Shown piece after piece: positions 1 through 11,196 of a stretch of 64,000 nt of DNA. The stretch spans positions 17,019 to 81,018 of the forward strand of contig JAZSAQ010000101.1 in assembly GCA_045601985.1 (NCBI GenBank). Direction: 5' to 3'. Each line of letters begins with the position of its first letter. The stretch's first letter is position 1. Position numbers and translations under genes: made by a program. Below the pieces are notes generated by a model. It had not been told where the DNA came from. It ran no database searches and saw only the letters and a program-made list of their open reading frames with translations. The DNA is from Lawsonibacter sp. Lineage in GTDB: Bacteria > Bacillota > Clostridia > Oscillospirales > Oscillospiraceae.

Positions 1-524
1 GTTTGCCAAGAAAGCCCACAGGCGCCGCGAACCTCTGCTACCTTGTCCACCAAGTCGTTCCAAACCAGATGCGAAAATCCGTTGCTCGCAGGTTGGTTTC
101 CTAGCAAAATCTGATAGGCTCTTTTTGTTTGGGTACTGGTGGCTTCGCCATTTGATTGTGTCCATGACCAAGGGGAGACATCGAGAGTGTCGCCTTTAAC
201 CACGACCGTTACACCTTGTTGTCCACTCTTCGGCAAAACATTCCAGTATTTCCCATCCGGAGACGTCTGAGTGAAACCATAGACTGTGTATGTTCCCGGC
301 TCGAGATTTCGGACGATTCCTGGCTGGTAGTCGCCAAATATGGATGTGGATTTTGCAGACACATACTGCAAAATATTGTCTGGGTCCGTAGTCGAATTCG
401 CGGTTACAGGGCCTGCACAAATGCCGCACCCATAATAAAAATCGCTTGTGAAATCGGTTTGTAAGTCCCATATCGTCCACGTAATGCTTCCTACGCCGCC
501 TTCTACTTCCAACCAAGCAGCCAT
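1..524 (-). CDS. Partial tail-associated protein (runs off the window edge)
   Basis: ATG at 524 preceded by GGGGGTG; open frame MAAWLEVEGGVGSITWTIWDLQ... continues to position 1; directly downstream of the minor tail gene. Confidence 0.6.
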   Translation of the reverse strand, partial: MAAWLEVEGGVGSITWTIWDLQTDFTSDFYYGCGICAGPVTANSTTDPDNILQYVSAKSTSIFGDYQPGIVRNLEPGTYTVYGFTQTSPDGKYWNVLPKSGQQGVTVVVKGDTLDVSPWSWTQSNGEATSTQTKRAYQILLGNQPASNGFSHLVWNDLVDKVAEVRGACGLSWQ

Positions 525-538
525 GCGCACACCCCCAA

Positions 539-3500
539 TTAAGAGAACGTTAAGCAAACACCTTGAATATTGGCGTCGGCGAAATTCCAGGTGCCTTGCG
601 GCCTAAAAGTGTCTTGTCCTTGCGTTGGAGCAGTCAGCAATAATGCGCCGTTGTAGATCAAATGCGCCGGCCGTCGATTTGTATCGTAACTACATATAGA
701 GCCAAAAAGCATTGTGCCAATTGGCTGTCCGTTGTTCCATCCGGTTACATCATAGCAACCAAAACCAGCACCGGTGTCGATATCCAGAACGCCGAATGCC
801 CCTGAGATTTCATCAGCATCAAATAAATCCAGCACGCAATTTTTACCCAAAGAATAATACTTTCCTCCGCTAATGGTGCCGCCTGCAATGGTTGGCGACC
901 GGATAGATGTTGAGTCAATATATGTCTGTTGGATATAAGTTGGCACGATAGCATCACTACCGTCGGTTCCTACGAATTGGTAACCAGACCCCCATGTTTT
1001 ACCGCCGTCATAGCTTTCACGACGATATTTGTCAGATGAAGACCAGGCGTCGTGCCACGAAGAATTGTTGGTCGAATACTGGTATTTGATTGGTACATTA
1101 TTTCCCCAGTTAATAGAGCTGGCCCCAGACAAATTGATGTTTCCGCTCATCGTAATGTCGCCGCTGGTGCCGTCAAGCTGAATTTTGCCAAGATCCAGGT
1201 AATCTCTATCAAATTTGCCGTCGCTGGTCAACACGTTTTTTCCATTGACGTACATGGCGCTTGCTTTGATAGTTCCGGTAAACTCGCCTTCTGTGGCCAT
1301 GACCTTTCCGTGGAAATATCCATTTTCGGCATATATACTTCCTTTGAAGTAAGCTTCACCCGAAGGGCTCAGCCACAACGCAATCTGGTCTTGTTGTGTG
1401 AAGCTTTCCCACGTGGCAGAGGTGTCTTCTTCTGGCCATACCGGAGACAAGAAGGAGACGCCTTGATCTTCGGTCCACTCCAGCATTCCTGCTTTACCGA
1501 GCATAAACCCATACGTAGGGTCAATGCATACGGCTCGTTCTGAGGTTTGCATATAAAATTTGCCGTTATACATCTGCACACCGTTTTGGTCAACCTTAAA
1601 CTGCATCGTTTCGCGAGTGACGCCATTGTCTGTGACCGACACAGGACATTCGATGATGAGCTGCTGGCCGGCCAATAAAGTTCCCGCAATAACATCGGCC
1701 AATACGCCGACGAAGTTGTCGCCCGATGCGTCCTTGAAATTACCTATTGCCATTTTGACCGTGCCGGTCTTTTTGTCTTCGAGTGCAATCATGCCATTGC
1801 CGAGATAAATAATATCTCCACCGGCTCCGGCAGACTCGACTTTGATGCCCGCCTTACCAATCGACACGTTGCTTGTTCCGCTGTGTATTTGCGTCATGGC
1901 GGCATCCCAGCCTTCTTCAAGCAAGTTTTGTACCCAAGACGCAGCTTGGGCGCCTTGGCCATACACCATCTTTTTGGAATTGAGGGTTCGCGTAGCAGAT
2001 GAAGCTTTGCTTAAAGCGTCTTTGAGGTTGTTTACTTGGTCTGGACGCCTAAACGTGTTGGCAAAAACCAAACTAAATGATGATTCGGATTTGAATTCCA
2101 GTTTGATTTCGAGCAACACAGGGGTCAATCGGCGCGGTGCATCAATCTCCGACACTTCGCCAGACCCGAACTGTAGGTAGCATCGGCGCCCCAACGCAAT
2201 TTGATTGGCGAAAGGCAAGAATTCTTTCTGAAAGAGGATGTTTCCGCTGGAAACCTCAAACTCGTAAGAGGGGAGAGAAGCTTCGCGCAGATGCTCTTCT
2301 GCGTATTCGTACAGTGACGTTTCTACTGTGCGTTGCTGGTAATCTGATGCGTTTTTGGTCAGATACACGGATGCCTGTTCGATACGGATAGGCGTGGAAC
2401 GTTCTCCATCAACATCTAATTCCCTTCCAACTATCGTCAACGTTCCGCCACCGAAAGATGTAGACACTCCATTGTGTGTAACTGTACCGGCGCCCAGGTT
2501 TACCGACATAGTTGAATTGTTGGCGTCGGCGGCGGCGGCCAGCACAGTAGCTGTACAACACCATTTTCCGTTGTCGCTGTTCAATTCCACTTTCGGCGAG
2601 GTGGATTCGCCAGAAGGCGTAATGCGACACAGAGTGTTATTAGAATCACCAATGACCACCGGCGTGCATGTAGCCTCTACGTCATCCCATTCCACCGATA
2701 GGTCGCCAACATCGATGATGCTGGCGGATTCACTGACGTCGACATCAAAAACGGCAAAAGTCTCATCTTGAAAAGTGGACTCTTTGAAATAAAAATCCAA
2801 AGCCTTCCATTCGTCATCATCGAAATACGCAGAAGGTTTGAGATCTGCGTTAATTGCTGCAATGGCGTCTTTGTACTCCTGAATTCTCTGCTGTGTTTGT
2901 TCTACGATGTTTTTTTGTGCGTCGACATCAGCACGCAAAGAGGTGATGGTATTATTCAGCTCTTCTATTTTGACAACAGCAATTTGATATGCGTCCGAAT
3001 TTACAGCAGATGTTTCTTTGGTTTGCAGATACGTAGACCGCACCTGTTCTTGGGTTGCTACGACGTTTTGCAGGTCGGTTAGTTTAGCCGTCTCGGCCGT
3101 TAGCTGCATAGTAGCGGAGGAGCGCAATGCAACCAAGCCCGCATAATAGTCTCTCATCGATTCTATCTCTTGGCACCACGCCACCCACTTCTCTTGCAGG
3201 GCGTCGTCCAAATCTCCATTTGCCAAAAACCAATCGATATTGTAAAGGTAGTTCTCTCCGGTTGGATTAACACCACGGATGTCGACACCGTCCGCACCTT
3301 GCACATACAGCTTAGTGATAAGGTCATCACTGGAGGATTTCATCGTGCCGTCTTTCAAAAGATTGTTGTAAGACAAATATACAGGCATGATGCTCGCATC
3401 GTCTGCAGCGTTATAAGCATTCACGCGCCGATTCTCGGTATCGAACACAATGACAGCTCCGTAATTTTCTTGCACCGCTCCTTGGAAAAATTCCAGTACA

Positions 3501-4006
3501 CCACTGTCGATGTCATCAAAGGTCCTGTAGCGTAAAGCCAACTGATTATCAACGTAGCCGATGGTCCAATTGGGCATGCTTTGAGCAATGAGATGAAGTA
3601 AGCTCGCATCTGGATTGGAGCGGTCGTAGAACGGATAGGTTCCTTGCCCCAAAACAATGCGCTTGCTGGCCAGTTCTGATTCCAGCGAAGCGAGCTCGAT
3701 TCGTTTATACTCCCCTTTGGTATCGACATGCTCCTCTACGCGACTGACAACAAACGTTCCGTACGGAGCTATAGCAACCAGACGGTCTGGAACCAACTGC
3801 TCGTAGAACGGGGTCAGTTCTCCATTCACAATACGAGGATACTCAAAAGACCCTTCGGACGTCTCGTTGTATTTTAGTGTCAGTTCCAATGCGCAGTAGG
3901 AGCCCAAAACACCGATTGTTGTCAGATCCGGTTTTTGCAACGCGAGGACTGGCATCTCCACACGATTGTAAATATCACGCGGCACATTATGGAAATTTAG
4001 CTCCAC
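539..4006 (-). CDS. Minor tail / tail tip protein (Tal-like, coiled-coil middle, beta-rich C-terminus)
   Basis: 1155 aa, follows Dit-like gene and tape measure; GGAGG RBS; glycine-rich beta repeats at C-terminus. Confidence 0.75.
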   Translation of the reverse strand: MELNFHNVPRDIYNRVEMPVLALQKPDLTTIGVLGSYCALELTLKYNETSEGSFEYPRIVNGELTPFYEQLVPDRLVAIAPYGTFVVSRVEEHVDTKGEYKRIELASLESELASKRIVLGQGTYPFYDRSNPDASLLHLIAQSMPNWTIGYVDNQLALRYRTFDDIDSGVLEFFQGAVQENYGAVIVFDTENRRVNAYNAADDASIMPVYLSYNNLLKDGTMKSSSDDLITKLYVQGADGVDIRGVNPTGENYLYNIDWFLANGDLDDALQEKWVAWCQEIESMRDYYAGLVALRSSATMQLTAETAKLTDLQNVVATQEQVRSTYLQTKETSAVNSDAYQIAVVKIEELNNTITSLRADVDAQKNIVEQTQQRIQEYKDAIAAINADLKPSAYFDDDEWKALDFYFKESTFQDETFAVFDVDVSESASIIDVGDLSVEWDDVEATCTPVVIGDSNNTLCRITPSGESTSPKVELNSDNGKWCCTATVLAAAADANNSTMSVNLGAGTVTHNGVSTSFGGGTLTIVGRELDVDGERSTPIRIEQASVYLTKNASDYQQRTVETSLYEYAEEHLREASLPSYEFEVSSGNILFQKEFLPFANQIALGRRCYLQFGSGEVSEIDAPRRLTPVLLEIKLEFKSESSFSLVFANTFRRPDQVNNLKDALSKASSATRTLNSKKMVYGQGAQAASWVQNLLEEGWDAAMTQIHSGTSNVSIGKAGIKVESAGAGGDIIYLGNGMIALEDKKTGTVKMAIGNFKDASGDNFVGVLADVIAGTLLAGQQLIIECPVSVTDNGVTRETMQFKVDQNGVQMYNGKFYMQTSERAVCIDPTYGFMLGKAGMLEWTEDQGVSFLSPVWPEEDTSATWESFTQQDQIALWLSPSGEAYFKGSIYAENGYFHGKVMATEGEFTGTIKASAMYVNGKNVLTSDGKFDRDYLDLGKIQLDGTSGDITMSGNINLSGASSINWGNNVPIKYQYSTNNSSWHDAWSSSDKYRRESYDGGKTWGSGYQFVGTDGSDAIVPTYIQQTYIDSTSIRSPTIAGGTISGGKYYSLGKNCVLDLFDADEISGAFGVLDIDTGAGFGCYDVTGWNNGQPIGTMLFGSICSYDTNRRPAHLIYNGALLLTAPTQGQDTFRPQGTWNFADANIQGVCLTFS

Positions 4007-4018
4007 TCGAATACCTCC

Positions 4019-4828
4019 TCAGCTACCAATATTCCACATCACGTCGCCGTTCAATGTGAGGCCGAAATTGCCTTTCAAATACAAAGTGTTGTTGCCACGA
4101 ATGGCACGCGGCATGTAGTTTCTGTTCCAGTATTGATACAGATTGATTCCGTCAGACGCCACCATGATTTGACGAGCGCAGTCAATTGTGATAGTACGAC
4201 CCGAACCCGAAGAAGGGGAGGGGAGGCCAGATAGTACAAACGATCTTTGCTGGTCACTCTCATTCGTAATGCGTACAGATGTGCCGCGCACATTTTCCAG
4301 CGTCAACACAGGATAAAAATAATCATTCACGTTGCTAGGGTTAAAGTAGGTAAAGCGCGCGCCAGAGGACGTGGACTGCTGTTCCCATGGCGCCGTCGCT
4401 AAATATGCGAACGGACAGTCGCACGTAACCGTGGCAGTAAAACCTACAATATGCATGCCTATCTCAATGGAGTCAAGCTTCGTGATGCGACATTTATAAT
4501 ACACATTCTCCATGTCTTCTTGCAGAATGATCAGTTTCTTAAATGATTGGTGGCTCGTTAACCATCCGGCGATTGCGGCCACATCGTATCGGTCATAATA
4601 CCGATTGTCATCCATGGCGACCATGGCAATAGGGAAGGATAGAGGGTCTCCGGCTGTCACGCCATAGTCCAAACCAACAAATCGGCGGGCGATACGGTCC
4701 TCTTGAACCTTCCAGGTGCCACCGACAACACCAGCGTTTTGTTGGGATTTGTCGATATTCGCCAGCATCAATCCGTAGGCTTCACCGGGAACGCCATCAA
4801 AAATAAATTTGTTGCCCTGAAATGCCAA
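4019..4828 (-). CDS. Distal tail protein (Dit-like)
   Basis: 269 aa immediately after tape measure; FIFDG start, CDCPFAY and GNNTL motifs typical of siphophage tail components. Confidence 0.75.
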   Translation of the reverse strand: MAFQGNKFIFDGVPGEAYGLMLANIDKSQQNAGVVGGTWKVQEDRIARRFVGLDYGVTAGDPLSFPIAMVAMDDNRYYDRYDVAAIAGWLTSHQSFKKLIILQEDMENVYYKCRITKLDSIEIGMHIVGFTATVTCDCPFAYLATAPWEQQSTSSGARFTYFNPSNVNDYFYPVLTLENVRGTSVRITNESDQQRSFVLSGLPSPSSGSGRTITIDCARQIMVASDGINLYQYWNRNYMPRAIRGNNTLYLKGNFGLTLNGDVMWNIGS

Positions 4829-4857
4829 TATATAACCCTCCTTTAGAGTAATTTGGA

Positions 4858-4885
4858 GAAGAGCCGCCCCGGAGGGCGGCTCTTC
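4858..4885. terminator. GC-rich hairpin after the tape measure gene
   Basis: GAAGAGCCGCCC-CGGA-GGGCGGCTCTTC 12-bp perfect stem; weak U-tract. Confidence 0.4.
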
Positions 4886-4888
4886 GTG

Positions 4889-7800
4889 TTACAGTTTCTG
4901 AAGCTCCGAGGCCACAACTTCTGCGACTTTTCTCGGATATTGTTTAATGGTGGATAGAATCTCTTCGGACGGAAGAACGCCGTCTATCGTTAAAGGTGCC
5001 GAAACATTGAGAATGAATTTGCGAACTTTTTGCGCTGCCGCGGCCGCCAAAGCGATAGGAGTTTGCACAATCTTTGGTAGGCTGGTCAACAACCCGTGAG
5101 CATTGTCGACCATCTGGCGGCTCATCACAACCTCGTCCTTCTGTAAAAGAGCGAAAAGCTCATCGGCTTTGGGAGACACAGAACCAGTTGAGCCAACTAC
5201 GCCACCAGTATGATAGCTGTACACGTCATATAACTTCTTTGTTTTTCCTCCTTGGGAAATGTACCATGTGCCGTTTTCACGCCACACGGGCACTCCCAAA
5301 ATGTCGGAAACTTGCTGACCAAGTACAACGTTGGCGTCCTCGTAAATCTTACGCCCGGCGTCCGTGGTTTGCTTGCCCCATTTTGCGCCATTGCTCTTCA
5401 TCTCGGCCACGAGGCTTTGTACTTTGCTTGTGTTCGAATCGTAACCGTAAGCATCGTATAGCTCGCGCGTCTTGCCGTTCTCTCGGATGTACCACGTGCC
5501 ATTTTCGCGCCAAACATCGGCGCCAAGAATGTTCGAGATTTGGTACCCCAGTGCCACGTTAGCGTCTTCATAGATTTTGCGACCAGCATCAGTGGTTTGT
5601 TGACCCCACAGTACGCCGTTGTTTTGCATTTCGGCAACAAGACTACGCGCTTTGTACGAATCGGAATCGTCGTGCATGCCTAGAGAGGCGGTAAAACTAC
5701 CGTAGGTTTGAGCGGAAGCCATTGCTTCATCCCACATCGACTGCAGCTCAGCACCGGTAGTGTCGGTGTACTTCTTCGCGTAAGTGAAGAGGTCATCAAA
5801 CAGCTGCTCGTTGGCGTTGTCGAGACGAGCCAAGGCCGCTTTGGTGACAGCCTCGTTGTCGTCCAAGAAATTCTCGACTTCTTTGATTTTGGAATCCATG
5901 AGATCATGGTAGCTCTCCTCTTCTTTGTCGAGAGCTTCTTCTGTCTTGTCGATGTAATGGTCGTTCTGGGTGTCGGACAGCTCTTTTTGTTTTTCGGCCA
6001 ATTCTTCTTCAAGTTTGGCTCGCTCCAGAGCAGCCTGCCGGGAATCGTCCATCGCCAACGCATCGATGCGAGCCTGCAGCTTCGCGATTTCTTTGGTGGA
6101 CTTAGCGACTTTGTCGTTGTAAGACTGTTCTTCTTTGGTAAGACGAAGGATTTCCTTTTTGGCATCAATGATATCTGAAAAAGCATCCTTTTGTTCCTCG
6201 AGAGCTTCAACCTGTTCCTCGGCCTCGTGACGAATCAACTCCTCTGTGAGTTCAAGCAATCCGTTGAGGCTTTCGGAGGTGCGATCAAAAACGCTCTGTA
6301 GTGCATCGCATACAAAACCGTCCAAGTCACCTATCTGTTGCGTCAGTTGCTGGAACCAGGCGTCTTCGGCAATTTCGTCCGCCGTCTTTCCCGCAGCAAT
6401 CAAAGTTTGACGATAAGCCTCGCGAACCTCAACCAAATATTTTTGCTCTTCACGGTATTTTGAGATAAGCAGATCTTCGCTTTTTGCACGCTTTTTCAAC
6501 ATGCTGATTTCGTGTTCAAAATCGGCGATTCGGGCATCGACTCGCTCTTTATGGAAATCCGTGGCGTCGTTGGCGTTCTCTAAAATAGAGCGATCAAGTT
6601 CCTGAAGCGTGCTGTTGGATGCAATTTGTTCCTCGGTTAAGCCTTGCCCTTTAAGGAAATCGTAAACCAAGCTTCTGGCACTTTTAAGAAGTTTCTCTCT
6701 CTCACGATATGTATCCAAAATTTCTTGCTCACTAGCGTTCTGGAGTTTGAGCATCTCAATTTTGTGATCAATATCCGCAAGGTCTTGGTCATGAAGCTTC
6801 ATTGAGTTGTCGAAGACTTCTTTTTCGTATTTGCGCCACTCGTCTGCATATTTAGTGCGATCGGAAAAATACTTTTTATATCCGTCGTTTCCGTCAAGCC
6901 ACTCATTGAACTCTTTGAGGGTGATTTGTTCCGTGTCAAGAGCATGTTTTTGTTTCGCGTATTCTTCCTCGAAGTCTGCTTTGTTTTTGTCTTTGGCTTC
7001 GCCACTGCTGCCGCCACCTTGGCTATAATCTCTCTGAGTCGTCGCCGACCAACGCTTGAACTCATCGAAGTTGGCTGTGGCCGTGTTGAGATCGCTGAGC
7101 GCTTTTTTGGTTTCGCGGATGGATTTCTCATACGCCGCGTTTATAAGGTATATCGCCACGGAATCCTGTTCTGCTTCGGCAATAGCGAGGGCAGCCTGTC
7201 TATCAGCCTCCAGTTGGCTGAGTTGCGCCTGAAGTTGATCTCTAATTTCTTGGGTAGTGGCATTGATAGCCCGCGCTTTTGCTTCCTCATTGTCGATTAC
7301 AGCAATAGCAGCCTGGCGGGCTGTTGTGATGGCGCTTTGATAAACCGCCTCTTCTTTCTTCAAGTAGTCTTGCATCGCGTCAGCGGTTAACTTATAGCCA
7401 TTTCGGCTCGCCACAAGATACTCGTCGAGCCCCGCTTCTCGCATTGCTTGAATTGAATCGGCCGATAAGTATCCCATGTCTGCCATGTCGGATTGTGCTT
7501 CTGCGAGAGCATCCATGTCACTACCCATCCTCGACGTCATAGAGGCGAAAGCTTCTTGTTGCACAATCGCCTCTTCCAGAGAGGCTGTAGCCAGATCTAC
7601 GCCATCTGCGTAATCAAGCCATCGCTCAACAGACTCCTCTAATTCCGGTTTGAGAACGCGCCCTTCGGCCGTAACGCCAGAAATCGATGCTGCCAGATCT
7701 TGGTTATTACGAGCCGCTTCTGATGCTTGATCATACAACGAGGCATACTCGTTGTCGAGGTCCACCACTTCTTGCTTGAGCATATTTGCCATAGCGCTGT

Positions 7801-10642
7801 CGCCATTATTTTGGGCTTTTTCTAGCTCAATTAAAACCTTGGATCGCTGCTGGCGATTGGCTTCCAACAAATCGATTGTGCGATTCAAATAATCAACGTC
7901 ATCAACGCTCTCCGTGATATCCACATACGCACCGTCACGAGTCATTCTCTGACCAACAAAAATCTTTTGTTTTGTAGTAGCGTTCTTAACGGCAGTTTTT
8001 TCTTTATCCTCGGCGGCTATTTTTGCTTCGCGTTCTTTGAGCCGAATCTCTCTTTCCAACTCGTCATTGAGCAGTTTAAGTTCGCTATATTCCTCGCTGG
8101 CGTTGAGATCGATTTTGGATGATTCTAATTCTTTCATTTTTGCGCGGACTTGGTCTAGTTCAGAACGCAAAGACGAAAGTTCCTGCGTGACATTATCATA
8201 TTGCTGACACGCCTCACTCAAAGCCTCGTTCTGTTCTTCTTGGGAATAGGTGAACAAATCTACAGCACCGGCGACAGCGACAGCGACAGCGGCGATACCA
8301 GTCAATATCGCCAGTATTGGGTGAGCCTGGATGACCTTCCCCAGCCCTTTTAGTGCGGTGGAAAGACTCCATGTCGCTCCGGTTGCGGCGCCCTCCGCGC
8401 CAGCAAAACCCAATGTGGCACCAGCGGCTTTCTTTTTGGCCTGGATATCTGTCCAAAGCGAAATGATTTCTTTCCTTTGTTCACAGTTAAATCCGGCGGT
8501 TTGTAGTGTGGTCGATAGCGTTGCTACATCCAAGCCGGACATAGACGCGGCAGCGGCAATTTGCTGCGGAGTTAATTGAGCATAACTAGCCGCCAACAAC
8601 GCGTTGTTTGTAACAACGCCACCTGTTGCATTCCCCAGGGCACTCAGTGTCGGGAGGATGCTTGCCAAACTTTGTCCTGTTTGAGCAAAAGCAGCTCCGA
8701 TACCAGAAGCTTTAATCATAGTGAAAATCGACGGAAACACGAAGAAAGCCGCCCCTAAAAGCAAGGCCGGCTTGATTAACCACGACAGTCCGGCGCCGAA
8801 ATCAAGGACGGCCGCAGAAGCGTCGTAAAAGAACCCAACTAGATCGCTATCTAAAATTGCGCTCGAAAAAGCCTCCATGGAAGCTTTAGCTTTATTTGCT
8901 TTCGCCTCAACACTTTCTTGGTACAATGCCATTTTTTGGGCTGCGACTCCAGTGGAGTTTGCGGCCAATTCTGCATATTCGCCCGCATCTTCCCATCCTT
9001 GCATCAAGGCAAGAAAACGAGTTTGCTGCCTTGTGCCAGCGAACGCAGTTGCGATAGCACGTTGCTGGGTTGTAGAGAACGAGTTCCATCTCGATCCAAC
9101 CTCGTCTAAAACTTCGCCAAAATTGCGGAATTGGCCGGCTTGGTCACGCAGGTCGATGTCCAATCCTCGCAGTGTGGTTTCAACATTGCTTAAATCATCG
9201 CCACTCTCCGGGTCGTCGAGCCGGCCAGCTTTAATGTTGCCCATGCGCGAAAGCATCGTATTGTAGAATGTACCAGTCTCTTCTCCTGATTCTTGCATCG
9301 TAGAGTTGATGACAGCCAGCTGACCAATAACATCGTCGAGCGACAGACCGGCCAACTTGGCATTGGCGGCGGTTTTAGACAAGGCTTCCGCCATCTTGGT
9401 GCTGCTAGTAGCTGCGGCCATATCGATTCGGAAAAATTTGTCAACCACACTCGACGCTTGTGACACTTCTAGCCGATATCCCTTCAGAGCTGCGGTTAGA
9501 GCTGTTGTGGCTTCGCTCGATTCCATGTTGCCAACAATGCTTAACGTCGAAGATTGTTTTAACAACTCTTCCGTGTCGGCGGTATTATAGCCTTGGCGCA
9601 ACCAGCCAACGGCACCCTCGGCTACGCTAACCGTAGTAGAACCCAAAGTTTTGGCCAAAGAATTATAAGTTTTGAGAAGCTTTTCGGTTTCTGTTTTGGA
9701 TCCTCCGGTAATAATTCGCAGATCAGTCATCGCAGCATCCAGTTCTTTAACCGAAGTGATAACCGCTTTGATAGACCTGATAACCATCATAAACCCACGG
9801 GCACTGATTGTATATGCAACGAACTGACGCACCTTGGTGCGCAAAAGAGTAAAAATGTTGCCGCCTTCGTGACCCGCAAGCTTCATTTGCGTCCGGAAGG
9901 CTTGCATAGCTACCGTAGCCTCTTGTATGCGCTTTACATCACCAGACTGTAAACCGGTTTGAATGGACGCGATTTGAGCGGCATTATTTTTCAACGCTTG
10001 TGGTTGTAGTGTTTTTAAGTACGCGTTGAAGCTGTTCAGCTTCTGGGGAGCATCTCTCAAAATCTTTTGGGCTTGTTGCACAACAGTGAAAGCGCTCCGA
10101 ATTTCTGCGACACTTGCAGTAATCTCTGCTCGTTGCACGGGCAAAATTTGCGTCGCAGATTGCCCAAGAGCCTCAATTTGAGCTTTGGCGGCTTCGAAAG
10201 TCGCAGCCAACTGCCCTAAGCCCGCAGCAGCAGGAGTTAAGTTGTTTTGGTTCAAGACAGTCACAACTCTATTGTAGGCCGTCTCTAGCGCAAACAATTC
10301 TTTTTGTGCCCAAGCAAGGTTTTGTTTAGAGTAGTCTCGCACCCCTTCGCTGGATTTGGCGCCTCCGGAACTGCCGACGGAGCCTGTTGCGGAACCGCCG
10401 CGGGAACCGGTGCCTTTGCTGGCGCCTATTCCGACGTCGATGGTAATGCCGGATAGCTGCTTCCGCAACTGTTCACGCATCTTGTCAATCGACGCGGAGC
10501 TAACAGTTAAGCTAATATCAGCCGCGGTTTTGGAAAAGGCTTGTTGCAAATTGTTGCGAATTAAGGAGGCAGATTCGCCGGAAGGACTTGCACCTCCAGT
10601 GTTGCCTACTAAAATTTCAATATCTGGCGTCATTGATGCCAC
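4889..10642 (-). CDS. Tail tape measure protein
   Basis: 1917 aa, Ala-rich helical, TP901-type core (ELDAAMTDLRIIT...WLRQG), hydrophobic central segment, C-terminal YHTGG motif. Confidence 0.92.
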   Translation of the reverse strand: MASMTPDIEILVGNTGGASPSGESASLIRNNLQQAFSKTAADISLTVSSASIDKMREQLRKQLSGITIDVGIGASKGTGSRGGSATGSVGSSGGAKSSEGVRDYSKQNLAWAQKELFALETAYNRVVTVLNQNNLTPAAAGLGQLAATFEAAKAQIEALGQSATQILPVQRAEITASVAEIRSAFTVVQQAQKILRDAPQKLNSFNAYLKTLQPQALKNNAAQIASIQTGLQSGDVKRIQEATVAMQAFRTQMKLAGHEGGNIFTLLRTKVRQFVAYTISARGFMMVIRSIKAVITSVKELDAAMTDLRIITGGSKTETEKLLKTYNSLAKTLGSTTVSVAEGAVGWLRQGYNTADTEELLKQSSTLSIVGNMESSEATTALTAALKGYRLEVSQASSVVDKFFRIDMAAATSSTKMAEALSKTAANAKLAGLSLDDVIGQLAVINSTMQESGEETGTFYNTMLSRMGNIKAGRLDDPESGDDLSNVETTLRGLDIDLRDQAGQFRNFGEVLDEVGSRWNSFSTTQQRAIATAFAGTRQQTRFLALMQGWEDAGEYAELAANSTGVAAQKMALYQESVEAKANKAKASMEAFSSAILDSDLVGFFYDASAAVLDFGAGLSWLIKPALLLGAAFFVFPSIFTMIKASGIGAAFAQTGQSLASILPTLSALGNATGGVVTNNALLAASYAQLTPQQIAAAASMSGLDVATLSTTLQTAGFNCEQRKEIISLWTDIQAKKKAAGATLGFAGAEGAATGATWSLSTALKGLGKVIQAHPILAILTGIAAVAVAVAGAVDLFTYSQEEQNEALSEACQQYDNVTQELSSLRSELDQVRAKMKELESSKIDLNASEEYSELKLLNDELEREIRLKEREAKIAAEDKEKTAVKNATTKQKIFVGQRMTRDGAYVDITESVDDVDYLNRTIDLLEANRQQRSKVLIELEKAQNNGDSAMANMLKQEVVDLDNEYASLYDQASEAARNNQDLAASISGVTAEGRVLKPELEESVERWLDYADGVDLATASLEEAIVQQEAFASMTSRMGSDMDALAEAQSDMADMGYLSADSIQAMREAGLDEYLVASRNGYKLTADAMQDYLKKEEAVYQSAITTARQAAIAVIDNEEAKARAINATTQEIRDQLQAQLSQLEADRQAALAIAEAEQDSVAIYLINAAYEKSIRETKKALSDLNTATANFDEFKRWSATTQRDYSQGGGSSGEAKDKNKADFEEEYAKQKHALDTEQITLKEFNEWLDGNDGYKKYFSDRTKYADEWRKYEKEVFDNSMKLHDQDLADIDHKIEMLKLQNASEQEILDTYREREKLLKSARSLVYDFLKGQGLTEEQIASNSTLQELDRSILENANDATDFHKERVDARIADFEHEISMLKKRAKSEDLLISKYREEQKYLVEVREAYRQTLIAAGKTADEIAEDAWFQQLTQQIGDLDGFVCDALQSVFDRTSESLNGLLELTEELIRHEAEEQVEALEEQKDAFSDIIDAKKEILRLTKEEQSYNDKVAKSTKEIAKLQARIDALAMDDSRQAALERAKLEEELAEKQKELSDTQNDHYIDKTEEALDKEEESYHDLMDSKIKEVENFLDDNEAVTKAALARLDNANEQLFDDLFTYAKKYTDTTGAELQSMWDEAMASAQTYGSFTASLGMHDDSDSYKARSLVAEMQNNGVLWGQQTTDAGRKIYEDANVALGYQISNILGADVWRENGTWYIRENGKTRELYDAYGYDSNTSKVQSLVAEMKSNGAKWGKQTTDAGRKIYEDANVVLGQQVSDILGVPVWRENGTWYISQGGKTKKLYDVYSYHTGGVVGSTGSVSPKADELFALLQKDEVVMSRQMVDNAHGLLTSLPKIVQTPIALAAAAAQKVRKFILNVSAPLTIDGVLPSEEILSTIKQYPRKVAEVVASELQKL

Positions 10643-10656
10643 TGGTTGCCACCTCC

Positions 10657-11196
10657 TTATGAAATACGATCAAATTTATCGTGATTGTAGCTTGCGAGAG
10701 CATCAGCGCCATACAAGTCGTTAAATTTTTGAACTGCGGCTTGCACAAAAAATTCGCCCTCATAGCTCAAACGCGAAAACTGCAATGTTTTGTTAGAACC
10801 GGGGTCTTTGAGAAAAACGTAGCGACTTGCTGTATAGCCACGGTTCATAATTTCTACAATGTCAACTCCTTCGGGGTATCCTTCGGGATACCACGATTCG
10901 CGCCGTGAACGCACGGGGTCGAACTCGAGGTGTATTACCCACCGATTGGTTTTTGTATCCCATACCATTGACACTCTCTGTAGGTAGTCTCCGTACTCGT
11001 GGTTATATTGTTGGGCGCACTCAGTGATTAAACGAGCCATTTCCGCTTCGTAAAAATCTGGTGGGTGCGCAGCACCCCCGGCAGGCTTACCGCCAAATGG
11101 CTTACCAAGCCGCGCGGCCGTGGATTGGGCCTGACTTATTTTGGCTTTTCCTTGTTGGCTGTTCGCCCACCGGTTGAGAGCGTCCATTATACTCAT
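10657..11196 (-). CDS. Hypothetical virion morphogenesis protein
   Basis: 179 aa ORF coupled within the tail operon. Confidence 0.6.
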   Translation of the reverse strand: MSIMDALNRWANSQQGKAKISQAQSTAARLGKPFGGKPAGGAAHPPDFYEAEMARLITECAQQYNHEYGDYLQRVSMVWDTKTNRWVIHLEFDPVRSRRESWYPEGYPEGVDIVEIMNRGYTASRYVFLKDPGSNKTLQFSRLSYEGEFFVQAAVQKFNDLYGADALASYNHDKFDRIS

